Assembly: GCF_036321535.1 (NCBI RefSeq)
Contig: NC_087447.1
Span: 35,528,001 to 35,592,000 of the forward strand
DNA: 64,000 nt
Direction: 5' to 3'
Source: Camelus dromedarius
Taxonomy: Eukaryota
In this document: piece by piece, positions 51,945-64,000 of the stretch
Position numbering within the stretch: the stretch's first letter is position 1
How the letters are laid out: the number at the start of each line of letters is the position of its first letter
Notes under the pieces: model-generated
Told to the model about the DNA's origin: nothing
The model's database searches: none
Seen by the model: the letters and a program-made list of their open reading frames with translations, nothing else
Position numbers and translations under genes: made by a program

Positions 51945-52980
51945 TTTATTTATTCATTCAGTGGATTTTGACTGACTACCTACTATGTGTCAGACCGTGT
52001 GCTAAAAGCTAAAGATTCAGTGATGATAAAACAGACATGATCGCTGCCTTCAGTGAGCTTACAGTCTAATGGGGGAATCAGACACTGTTAAAATATTTTA
52101 TTGCAGCAGTCATGTAAAATTACAGACTAGGATAAATGCTATGAGAGAAGGGCAGGTTGCCATGAGAGCATATAATAAGGGTCCTGACCTACTTCAGTTG
52201 ATCAGGGATAGTTTTGCTGAGGAAATCACATCTGAGCTGAGATTTGAAGGGTCATTTAGAGTTTATTAGGTGAAGGAGTGAGTGAATGAAGTGGGGAAAG
52301 GCTTCCTACGCATATATACCAGTGTGGTCCCTAAGGTGAGAGGCAGCTTAGTGCTTTCAGAGAACTGAGAGTGTCAGTCTGCCTTGAGTGCAGAGAGTGG
52401 GGAAGAGTGTGCGGTAAGAGAAGTGGCTGGAGAGAGAGGTCAGGGCCTTGTTAAGGATTTTTTTCTCTTTATTCTAAGAGCATGCGGACCATAGAAGGAT
52501 TTGGAGCAAAGGTCGATGTATTTGTGTGTCGCCCATGTCAGGAGCGATATGACCAATTTGGTGTTTATAAAAGATCTTTTCGGCAGTGGTCTTGAGGATG
52601 GGTGGGAGGGTACAAGAGTGGCTGTGGAGAAACCAGTTAAGAGGAAGCTTTTGCATTAGTTCCAGAAAGAAGTAACGCTGGATCAGGCTGAGTAGTGACA
52701 TCAGAGGTGGGGAGGGAGAAGGGGTTTGTGGTATTTAGGAGGTAAAATTTGCAGGACTTGATGATGGGTTGAATAGACCCATGAGGAAAGAGAAAGTATG
52801 AAGGACAACTCCCAGGTTTCTGGATATACAAGCAGATTATGGCTCTGCCATTCTAAGCTTAAACAAACAAGAAAACAATGGAAGAAAAAGGTGAGACCAG
52901 ATTTGGGTAGGAAGATCTTGACCTGATATTGAGCACTCTGCATTTGAGGTGCCTTTTAGACATCCAAATGTAGATGTTCT
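51945..52980 (-). mobile_element. L2 remnant (about 1 kb)
   Basis: ttattcattca...ctacctactatgtgtcagaccgtgtgcta...gagcttacagtctaatggggga...tttgaggtgccttttagacatccaaatgtagatgt. Confidence 0.8.
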
Positions 52981-55900
52981 GTCCCTGGGGCTGCCCTCAG
53001 TGGGACACAATGGCCTTGGAATGCCGTTGAGCACTCTGACCCAGATCCAGCCTCTCTGAGGGTCAGGCTTGTTTAGTCCAGTTGGTCTGAGGACCCAGGA
53101 TTTCCTTCTCACCCTTCATAGTGCTGTTTCCGTACTCAAATATCCTGAAAATGGGGTGTCATGAGAGAATTCGGCCTAAGGGAGGGGTATGAACAATCTG
53201 GGGGGAGAGTTAGCTTCTCCAGGGGAAACAATTCAGATATTGATGTATGTTTTTGTCCAGATCTGTGGGTGAGATATTTGTGTTTGATGAGTGTTCATTT
53301 CTTTATTCATTCATTAATTAAAATATTTGTAATTAATATATATCTACAGTATGGCAGACACAATGCCAAGTCAGAAAGGATCACTGGTTCTTTGGGAAGT
53401 GTCACCCCTGGAACCTCTCTGGCATTGCTGTTCTTGTGATCAGAAAGAAACCGTGCAGGATGCTGCCCTTTCTCTGAATGCTAAATCTCCAGGATTCTGA
53501 CTGCTGACTTTTTATCAAGGGGGCATGTCCTTGACTTCAGAGTTGGTTTGTCAGGGCTCCCTCAGCAGCTGAGATGCCCAGGTCTGTCTCTGGGCCTCCT
53601 CCCTTTTGCAGAGTCTCCCTAGACAGTAACTACATCAAGGCCAGTTCTTCACTTTGAAAGGGGCTCAGCTGGGCAGTCTGAGCTCCACCCCCACCACCAC
53701 GCCTGGACTGTGTGTTCCAGTTTGTTGCCTTTAGAACATCTCTTTGTGTCCAGGTGAGGGTGAGAAAAGTGTCAGTGCAGGCTTTGTATCCTCACCTGGG
53801 ATGGCCGAGGAAGTAGGACTGGTGGCAGAGAGAGGGTGAGCAGAGGAGTGACTCATCCGGCTCTGGCCCCAGGTGATAGGATCTGTGAATACCCATGTGG
53901 AATAGATCCGTGCTCTAAAAACATTACCTTGTGAAAATCTAAACTCTCAAACCCCATGAATTCAGGACAGTGATTCACATCATGAAAGGGAGCATGATGC
54001 CCTTCCAAGAATCCTCTAATATGTTGAACATGCAGTGCAGTGAGGGAGGGAAAGATCTATGCCGATTAGGCACTCAGGGGAGATGGGCATTCCTTCTGTC
54101 AGTGAAACAAAGAACTGCATACAACTGGAGTGGATGGTGAGCCCCTGTTTAGGGGAGGTGTTCCTGCAGCGGGTGACCATGTGTCAGGTGGGACAGAAAC
54201 TCCTTCCCAGGATGGGATGGTAGACTGAGAACTGCATCTCTAAGATTCCCTAGTTCTTGGCTTTGCCTTTCATCTTGAAAAGTAAGTCTGCCTTAGGCAA
54301 GTCTGCCAAGGACTGGGAAGTCAGAGGGACCTTGGCTAAATTCCAGCCCCACTTCTCCTGACTGTGTGACTTGGGCGAGTTGCTGTATGAACCTTCTTCT
54401 CCTGGTCTGCAGAGTTTGGAGTACATGAGGGTCAAATGAGTTAAGCCTAGCCATCAGCTCCCCAGGGTGTAAGATGGGAAGAAGCTTTGCGGAGCCTCTG
54501 ATCAGCTGCCTCAGTTCAGCTGTCAACATTGGTGTGTGCCCATGACCTGGGTCTGCATTCTCTGCTCAGACAGAACATGCGTTGCTCCCCAGAGCACAAA
54601 TGCAGGGCATGTGTCAGCTCCCTGGCAGCCTGCGGTGGGCTGTGACACACTGTTCTGTTTCTGCCTGAGGACACATTGGCTCAGTAAGCAGTGAGCCCAC
54701 CTGGCTTAAGTTTCCCCAGAGAACACAGTCCTTGTTACGGAGAAATCCTTTCAGGCTGCAAGGGTGGAATGTTGCTGCAACCTGACCCCTCTAAGAATTC
54801 TGGCCATGTGCCATTCTCATGTCAGCTCTTTCCTGAAGCTGATTTTATGAGGAGTTATTTTCCTAACGTGTTGGATGAAATCCTGAAGAGTGTTTCTGAT
54901 GGCGTCTTAGGAGATTCACATAGTTTTTATTTTCCAGGGAAGCATTAACAAGATATGGACTAGCCTTTGGGTGGAGCTAGCACAGTCACTGTCAACTCAA
55001 GGCCATTTGCTGCCTGCAAAATCCTTGGTGCCCTAGACATGGCTCTGGCTTGAGATGTCACCACCTAGCACACTTGAATCACGCCAACCTGAAGATACTT
55101 GTCCCAGTTTAGGTGCCCATCACAGTCATCAGTTTCCATCTGCACACACAATGCAGAGTTATATTCACTGGTTATTTTCTCCTTAAGCATCCCTGCAGGC
55201 CCTGTAGGGGTGGGGTTCTTGATCCCTTTATTCAGATTAAGAGAACATGGCTCTTGCAAGTTGCTGTAGTTTGTCTAATGTCATGCAGCTAATTACCGGC
55301 AGAGCTGTTTTTCATATCCCGGTCTTCTAAGGGGCAGCCTGACAGTGAAAACACCATCCAGCATTTGCATATCACCTATGACATTCATGAGCTGTGTGAC
55401 CTTGCACATGCTAGTCATTAGTATTATAAACGGTTATTAACGGTAGTGATAATGGTGAAATTTGCAAAGCATCCAGCACGTTTGGTAGGTGCTCTCCACC
55501 ACATCTCACTGCATCTTCACACTAGATGTGAGAGACGTGGGTTTTATTATCTGTTTTACAGATAAGCATCCTACAATTCAGAGAGCTAAAGTAATTTGCC
55601 CAAGCCTCAGTTTCTCTATAAAATAAGAATATTAACATCTCCCTGGGAGGGTGATTATGAGGACTGAGTGAATGTGTGTGACTGCATAGCACAGAACCTG
55701 CCTGCAGTGGACGAAGTGCTCAATCCATGCTTCTTTCCTTTCTCTAGGTCCCCCGCCTCCTAGTACAGTGATCTTTCCACTGTGTCCCGTTTAATCCATT
55801 TAGAAGCTGAGGTCATGCTGAAGACCTCTCTGTAGCTTTCTCTGTCACTCTCCCCCCATCTCCCCTCCTCCCCAGAGGCCACTTCAAGTCTCTGATCTGA

Positions 55901-56289
55901 GCTCTGTCTGATACGGCCTCTTTAGTCTTATGCCAGTTCAGGAAACACCATCCTTTCCTGGCGTGCTGCACCCACACCCCTGACATTTGCCCCAGGGCTG
56001 TGTTCTGGAACGCTAAAGCCTGCCCTGGCCTCTTCAACCACAGGGCTCTCCCCTTTCCTGACTCTCTCTAAGGCAAATACAGGTTGTTTTCCTTATTTTG
56101 GTGTCTTGCCTGAATCATTCGTGTTGTTATGTTGTAGTTCATAAGGGCCCACATCTGGAAGTGACCCACAGTCTAGGTCTTCTGACTTCTAGCATCATGT
56201 TCTACAGCTTATTGTTAAATGTTTAAGAGGCATACACAGTAGGTCACGGGAAAAAATAGGAGCCCCGTCTTTGGGGAGCCTCAGAAATG

Positions 56290-57065
56290 TATTCATTTGG
56301 CTCTCAACAAGTATTTATTTGTCACCTCCTCTCAGCCAGGCCCTGTGTTAGATGCTGGGTGTGACGGTGAAGGAGGCAGGCAGGTCTGTCCTCATGGACC
56401 CCACATTCTAGAGTGAGAGGTAGAGAATAAAAACATAAGTGAGTAAACCAGTAAGATAATTTTAGATTTTGAGTGCCATAAATGAAATAAGTAGGGCTGT
56501 GGGAGAGAGAGGACCCAGGAGATAATTTTGTGCACTTCGGATAGGATGGTCAGGGAAGGACTACTTGAAGGGGTGGCATTTGGAGCTGAGATCTCAAAGG
56601 AAAAGCTGGGACCAGAGCATTCCAGAGTGAAGGAGCAGTGAGAACGAAGACCCAGAGGTGGAAAGGGCTTGGCCAATCAAGGAGTGAAATGGAGACCTGG
56701 ATGAGGGTGGGGCACAACATGCCAGAGGGAGTGGGGGTAAGGTAGGCTAGGGGGCATGAACTGGATAATGTCAGGCCCTGGAGGCCACAGAGAGTTTGCT
56801 TTTTTTTTTTTTCCCCCTAGAATCAGTGGGAAGCCTGAAGAGCTTTAAGCAGAGGAGTAATGTGAATCATGAAAGAAAACTGAGGTGGCTAGTAGAGAGT
56901 AGATTGTAAAATGTGACCAGGAGAGCAGAGATACCAGTCAGGAGGCTGCTGGAATAGCCCAGGAGAGTTGACAGAGTCCTGGACTAGGTTATAACAGTGG
57001 AGACAGAAGCACATAAATTTGTGATTATGTTGAAGTTAGGACAGCAGGGCTTGGTGGAGGATTAG
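56290..57065 (-). mobile_element. L2a-type remnant
   Basis: caacaagtatttatt...ccaggccctgtgttagatgctggg...cacattctagagtgagagg...gggaagcctgaagagctttaagcagaggagtaatgtga. Confidence 0.75.
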
Positions 57066-60000
57066 ATGAAATAATCCATTCTCTGCTCAATCTATTCAGT
57101 ACCCAGTTAGTGTAAATCAAAGTGATACCCAGCTTCAGTTCCTCATCCGGGGGTTGAGGGGGACAACAGACATCTGGCAGTGGGTAGACTGGAGAGGTGA
57201 CAGACCTGACTGCCAGGATGTACCTCTGCAAGTTTGAGACACCATAGATAGAGACTAATTCTTGCATCTCTGAAAGACAGCTTGGAGAAGTGAAAAGGAG
57301 AGATTTTCAAAGATTCATTCGTTCAACAGTCCTATAGCAAGTACCTTACCTGTGGCTGGTGTTCTGCCGGCGGGGAATAAGACAGGGGTCTAGGACCTCC
57401 CTTCTCTTAGGGGAGGTAGAAATGTAAATAGACAAATAGAAATGTAAATAGACAAAAGTGAGTCGGTGTAATGGCAAAGGGATGAACAGGGGATGTGGGA
57501 ATGGGAAGGAGAGGGCTTTTCATAGGAGAAGTAAAGGAAGGCCTTGCAGAGAAATTTGGCATCAGAAGGAGGTAAGGGCAAAGAGCATTCTAGGGAAGGG
57601 AATAGCATTTGCAAAGGCCAGAATCCTGAAAGAGAGGGGTATATTCAAGAAACAGAAAACAGCTGACTGTGGCTGGGGTTTAGAGTGTGGGGTAGGGAGG
57701 TAGCGGCTGGCGTGTGAGGTCTCTGACTGCACTGCCCTGTGTACCATATTGAGTGTATTGGACTTAATCCGTTATACATCCAGAAACCAGTCTTAAAGCC
57801 AGGGCCGAGATGATGGAAGGCAAATAGCTGCCCTGTAGACTGCCCGTCAATCAAATCCCCATTTCCTACTGCATCTGGGTGTACCTCAGAAACATTCTCA
57901 ACACAGCATTCCAAGCAGTCACTTCCAGTCAACCAGAATTGGCAGAGGGTGAGGTCTGTTTGCCATTCCCTAAAGAAGACGAGTCTGTGGGTGAGTTTAA
58001 AGAGAGAAGTGTTCTAGGACCCAAAACTGCCTTTTACAGTTACCTCATCATCTACACTTACAAATTTGCCTCCATTGTGTAGGACATGGAGGACAGTCAG
58101 AGAGAACCCAGCATCCTTGCTGTTGAAGGGAGAAGTGGCTGTTGGGCTGACGGCAGAAGGAATCATCTATTGTGAAAGAACGTATTTCTGAGGGTGGCTG
58201 TGGTTATGTGAATTCCAAGGGGGCAGTGCTGAGGCAGAAAGTAGCAGGCTTTCAAGGAATTCTGCTCCACTAGCCCTTGAATGGATGTTCTTGACGTGTA
58301 GAGAAGTGTAGTGTTTAAGTAAATGCAAGACCTGCCTGTCCAAGTGACACTGGTCCTTTTCCCCAGGAAGCCGTGTAGCTCCTTTGAAGAAGGTAAAATA
58401 CCCTGGGCTGAGGAACCAGGGAGTAACCACTAGTCTGAGAGTTCAGTGAGGCTGTGATTGTCTTGGTCAGTTCCATTTCCCTGGCACCCAGCACAGGACC
58501 TGGACAATGTGTGTTCTCAGTGATATTTGATAAGTAAATGAACTGGGAAAAGAAAATAACCAACCAACCAGCCAACCAGACATCTAACCTGGGTTCTAAT
58601 CCCAGCTCTTGAATTTCGTTTCCCTTAGCATACAATGACCTGGCTGGTCTCTAAAGCACTTCATGCTCTGCTGTCCTAGGATTCGAGGATGATGAATAGA
58701 AGGGTTCAGAGCAAGCCAAGTCATCACTCATATTTCTGATATGCCTCAGATTTAATCAGAATAAAATATCAAAATCGAGCAGTACTTTACAACATCTCAA
58801 ATATGCCTTCTAAAAACAGAACCTGCGTCTGTCTCTGAGTTGTGAAGAAAATGTATTAGGTTATATTAAACAGCAAGATTGTCCTTTTTGTAGGAAAGAA
58901 AATAAATTAAATCTTGTCTTCCTGACTGGGGATTTTAATTGGGATTTGAGTCAATTTGATCTAAATTTGAGCATCCATCCAGAAAACATTTATTGACATC
59001 TGCTATGAGCAGGGCTTTGCGCTAGGCATGTGGGAGAGAAGAAGATGAACAAGACACAAGATGTACAAGATCTTTCTAGGCAGAAACTGACAGTCTAGTC
59101 GGGGAGATAAAACATATACACACTTGACTATGACCCCAGGTAGACAGAGAATCAACTGGGTTAGGACTAGGGGAGATCATAGGAGGAAGCCCCTTCAGGC
59201 ACATCATACAGACAGGAAATCTGCCTCTTACCACATCGTGTAGGGCTCAGAATTCCCTGAGCCACCATGGTCATGAGGATGCTCTCTGCAGCTGCCTAGA
59301 GCTCCTAGTTAACCTTCAGCCATCAGGTTGAGCCCCTCAGCCCGAGCTGCTGTTGGCAGGGAAAAGCCCCTCAGGTGCTGAGCCATTGGCCTTTATGAGT
59401 AATGGGTACACAGGTACACCACACTGCCAAGCTCAGTGGCCTCTTTTTATAAAAGGCTCACAGCCCACCATCTCATACGTAAAGACTGAATCCTGAAAGG
59501 GGAGGTCCTAACCCAAGGTCAGACAATTAGTTAATGATGGAGCTGGAGCCAGGACCAGAACTAGAACCAGATCTTCTAGCTTCAAATACAGTGGTCTTCT
59601 GCCCTCTGTGGTGAGATCTGTACTGTGGGAAGATTAATGAGGCTTTCTAGTGGAGGGAAGTAGGGAAAGGAGAGGCGAGAGTCAGACAGAGCTTTGGGAG
59701 GCTTTTGTATAAAGTCTGGATGGAAGGTAACACCTGAGGTCTTTAGGGCCTTGGCAGTGGGTTGACGAGGAAGGGACTGATGGGAGAGAAACACAGAGGC
59801 CCAGTGAGTGGGGCTGGGGTGTGGAAGGCAGACGAAAGGGAGAATTCTACTTGTGCTTGCTTCAGTTACTGTTCTTTACTGAATTGTCCCTTTGGTTCCA
59901 TTTGGTAAACACTAAAAATGGGCAAGAAGGAAAACAAATCCAAAATAAAGGCATCAGACACCTTCAGTATTTCCTGAGTTGACCTTCTTTATAATTTTTT

Positions 60001-60299
60001 TTTTTTTTTTTTTGGCAGTGATGGGAAGGTCCCTCTTGTCTAGAGGGCCTGGTCCTTTTCCTGAGCTTGGCTTTCCTAGTCTTAAGTTCTCAGAAATGTT
60101 ATCCACTTACCAGCCAGCCCTCTGGCTTCATGGTTTTACGCATGAGATACTGGATCTGCCATCATCATCTGAGTGTCTCTGGTTTTAGGTTTCTTGCCAG
60201 GCCCTGTGAAGGTGCTGTGCATGTGACTTGCCTTCCATCCCATGACTCTAGGGTTGGAATCAAAGCCCTGAGACGACCTACAACAGGCACCGGGCTCCT

Positions 60300-60462
60300 G
60301 GCCTGAGACCACCTGCCTCAGAACCTGGGAGCATGAAAATTCAGATTCCTGGGCTCCCCCTTTCACCTAGTGAATCAGAATCTCAGGATAGGGGCCAGAA
60401 ATCTGTATTTTGGGCAAGTGCCCCCAAGTGATTTGTATCTACCTAAAGGTTGAGTCTCTGCG
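60300..60462. mobile_element. MER5-like DNA transposon
   Basis: aaaattcagattcctgggctcccc...gaatcagaatctcaggataggggccagaaatctgtatttt. Confidence 0.7.
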
Positions 60463-61679
60463 TTAGGTCAGTTAATTTTTTTCCTGGGCCTTAGTTTCCT
60501 TGTTTGAAATGGGGAAATTATGTATTCAATTCACTGTGAAAATAAGAAAAGCACATGGGGAAAAAATGCTAAAAGTTTTACATATATTTATAAAATGAAT
60601 ATATATATAATTATTAGGCATATTACTAAGTTTACAATCCTGGGATCAAGAAAGTTTGAAACATTTCTCAGATTTTACACACTGGAAACTGATAAAAGTT
60701 CTGAGTGCTCACTCTTGGAGCATGTCTGCTTAACAAGCGAGTGAATATGTGAATGAATACCTCCAGGAAAGATAAACCCTGAAGCCAGGTCATTAAGCTT
60801 TCTCTTCAATAGCCTCCACCTCTGACATTCAGTCAGCATCATTCACTGAGGGCCTGATACGTGTCAGGGCCCCGTGCCAGGTTGAGAATATAGAGATAAA
60901 TAAGACATGGTCCCTGACCTCCAGGGGTTGGAGATCAATACGGAAATGAATGTTCAGTACGATATGGTAAGTGCTGGCTCTAGGGTGGGTAGAGGGGTAG
61001 GTGTTACTGCTTTGGCAACAAGAACAGGAACCAACTGTCAGGGAAGGTGTCACCAAGGAGGTGACCCTAGAACTCTGTCTTGAACATAGGTATGATTGTT
61101 CCAAGAAGGAAAGCCCTTTTCATAGTCCTGTCACTCACTGGCTGCCTTCTTCCATTCCATCAAATTCACTTATCAGTTTCCTCCCCTCCTCTCCCATCAA
61201 ACCAATCTCAGGGACCCAGTGTCCTTGGCTTTTTCCTTCTTCACTGTACGAAAACCTGCCTTCACTCTAAGCTGATTCTTGGGTTTAGTCATAAACACTG
61301 GGGTTTAAAACAATGGGTTTTTTTGGGAGGAGGGTGCAGTTTACATTGTTACCATCAGATGTTTTCATCTGAAATGATAGGCTCTGTTGGTGATTTGTTT
61401 GTTTGCCCTTTACATCAACCACTTGATAGGAGAGGTGTTGTGCTTGGTTGGTTAGTTGTTTTTTCGTGGGGAAGAGGATTGGTGACAGTAGTTTTCTCCA
61501 GCCCTTATTATTTTACTAGATAAATAATTACTATTCTCCTTATCTATAAAGAATTAAGGATTCATACATAGTCTAAGTTGAGTTGGAGGATGGCGTTAGT
61601 GTTTTAGAGTAGATTAACAATGGGTAATGAATCAGACCTTAGACTGAGATAGCCCTTCAAAGTTTACATGGCCCTGACC

Positions 61680-61845
61680 ATGCATTACTCAAAAGGGCAT
61701 CCCCAAACCCCCAGCCTCAGCCTTGACCAGGGAGCACCAAGTAGAAATGCAAAATCTCAGGCCCTACCTGAGACCTGCTGAGTCAGAATCTGTATTTTAA
61801 CAAGATTCCTTGGCAATCCATATGCACATTAAAGTTTGAAAAAGA
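61680..61845. mobile_element. MER5A-like DNA transposon
   Basis: agaaatgcaaaatctcaggccctacctgagacctgctgagtcagaatctgtattttaacaagattcc...atgcacattaaagtttga. Confidence 0.8.
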
Positions 61846-64000
61846 CAATGACGTTAGTGATTTATCCCCATTTATTGATTAGGACACTAATGTCCAGACA
61901 GATAAAAGAACTTGCCCAAGATCACATAACGAGTAGCAGAGGCAGGATTCAAACCCTGATCTCTCCAATTCCAAGTTCAGTGCTCTGTCCACTGTACGGC
62001 TGGGTTTCTTTGTACCATGTTAATTAAAAAACAGGTTTTCAGTAGTTCGTGGTCAGGGAAGAGGGGAAAAATATTTTTTCAAGGTACAAACTTGTCGTCT
62101 TGAGAGCCACAGGAGACAAGGAGAGTCGAAGGGAAGCTCACATGCTGAGCTTTGACTTTCTGCCAGGCACATGGACAACTGATGACAGGTAACCTTGTCT
62201 CCATTTTGTAAATGATAAGAATCCTCAGCATTTTACTAAGTGTAACCAACCTATAGGGACTCAGGAAGGCCGGGATTGAAGGTGGTTTTTAAAGTTCTGA
62301 TACTAGGACTTCCTGGACCATCAGAGAGATGGTGAATGTTTTTTTCATCCCTTAAGTAAGATCCTCTTCCTGTAAGAGGCCAGCTTCTTCCTTGGCTAAT
62401 CGGATTTGGTGGCCACCCACTCCTTCCAAAGTCAGGAATTCAGAAATTCAGACTTCGGTCACTTGGTGCTCCTCTTGATTTATGAAAAACTCTGTCTCGT
62501 AGAGTAAAAGTGGTTTTCCAAGAGAGGAAAAAAATAGCTTAAAGGAAGGCCTTGAAGAATCAAGATGACAAAATGTATTATTTATAAGGGTCTAAAATAA
62601 GTGCCGGATCCTCCACTCAAAGTGAGCAGGCGACAGCCAAGCACTGTGTGGAGTGGAGCCCAGCCGACTCCAACAAGATCCACGCGGCAGGCTGGTCAGC
62701 CGCGGCTCTGCTCGGGATTCCAGGGGTCCTTCTCAGGAGTTAGCTCCCACTGCCAATACAGGGCAGCCCATGTGACTTGTGCAGATGGGCCCCAGCTTAC
62801 AAGTGAGTGCAGTAGGCTCAGCCAAGTAAGGCAATGCTTGAAGAAGAATGGGGGAAATGCAGTGAGAGTTTGGGTTGGTGGGGACTCAAGCATGCACATG
62901 CACACACACACATTTTGTTTGTAAGATTATAGTGAGTTCCGCATTTAATAACTCAAGAATACAGGTATGTATTGGGAGTGAGGAGGCCAGGCGGGACGGG
63001 AGTAGATACAGGGTGTCTCCACCTTGCCTTTGCTCCTGGTTCCGTAATAGAGCATGCAGCTGCTGCCGACACTGACCATGCAGAGCAGGTCCTGCTGCTT
63101 CCAGGAAGGCCACTTCTTGCTGCATCACAGGTCTGTTTTACTCAAAAAGCTTGGCTCATCATTCTTGAAGAACTTAAAACAATTTCTGTGTTTTCTTTTA
63201 AGAGAATGTTTACAGACATCTCTCCTACAAGAAACTTTCCTGTTTTTTAAAACACTCAGGTTCAGCAAGTCCCCATTTTATCCAGTGGGGAAGAGGCAGT
63301 CAGTGTCCAGGGGTCTCTGATTAATAAACAGCATTACAGAAATCCCATTTCCCTGTCACTCATCTCTTGACTCTGCCCCAACACCTTTATTATCTGAGTT
63401 CTTGTGATACCGACAGGCCTGAGAACAATTTCCCAAGTCCACTTGTCCATACAGGGCAAGATTCAGTGACAGGAGGGAGGTCACTGAAAAAGAGAAGGTG
63501 ATGCCAAGAGACTTCTGAGGACACCTGTGAGATTGTCATGATAGTCATGAAGATTGTGCTACAGCTTCAGAGTGATTACAAGTCTACTTTTATCAATAGA
63601 ATGATAGGTGGGGATTTGAATGATAGACTGGGATTTGAACAGAGGCTGGAGCCTTCAGAACCCTCTCACCTGTTTCTAATCCTTCCTCTGCTTCATCTTC
63701 TTCCTCTTCCAAATTTCTCTTCTAGGATATAGTGGCCACACTGGAGAAGTGCTTTCAGTAGCTCTTGCTGTATTTGGAGCTTGCTCTGTGTTCTCTGTTG
63801 GCTGGTGGCTTCCTTCCTCACCGTGGGAGCTAGTTATGGTCCATGGGCCCTGATGCAGCCCATGGCAGCATCAACCTGGTCTTGCTTCAGGTTTTAACCT
63901 CAGAGGTCTTCCAGTTTCCTCTCATCAGAGTAATTATCCCTAGAGTGCAGGCCACCTGTCAATAGGCTTGGGTTTACCTATATGCCCTGGCAGTGCAGAG

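Overview
Mammalian genomic DNA, almost entirely intronic. The only host coding sequence I can support is one 37-nt internal exon (19809-19845, + strand, VSCGSEHNLAVM-G). From memory it matches the RCC1-repeat segment 'VSCGSEHNLAIIG' of SERGEF/DelGEF, so the window appears to span the two very large introns around the penultimate SERGEF exon. The rest is transposon-derived: MIR, L2, L3/CR1, old L1M, a HAL1-like element, MLT1/MLT2, MER5-like elements, an ERV1-type solo LTR, and several young 5'-truncated L1 insertions, most with intact target-site duplications (TSDs). The L1 3' UTR type and the apparent absence of Alu, B1, Bov-tA/BovB, PRE-1 and Can-SINE suggest a camelid (inference). The most interesting non-repeat signals are an intragenic CpG-island promoter-like element (about 14330-14670), a (CTG)22(TTG)12 compound repeat grown from a MIR tail, a muscle-type MEF2/E-box/RORE module (about 47290-47385), CTCF motifs, and an L1 with a doubled 3' UTR inside one TSD. 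Nearly all six-frame ORFs are spurious or transposon remnants. I find no evidence for a wholly new multi-gene system. Repeat subfamily names and boundaries are by-eye estimates.
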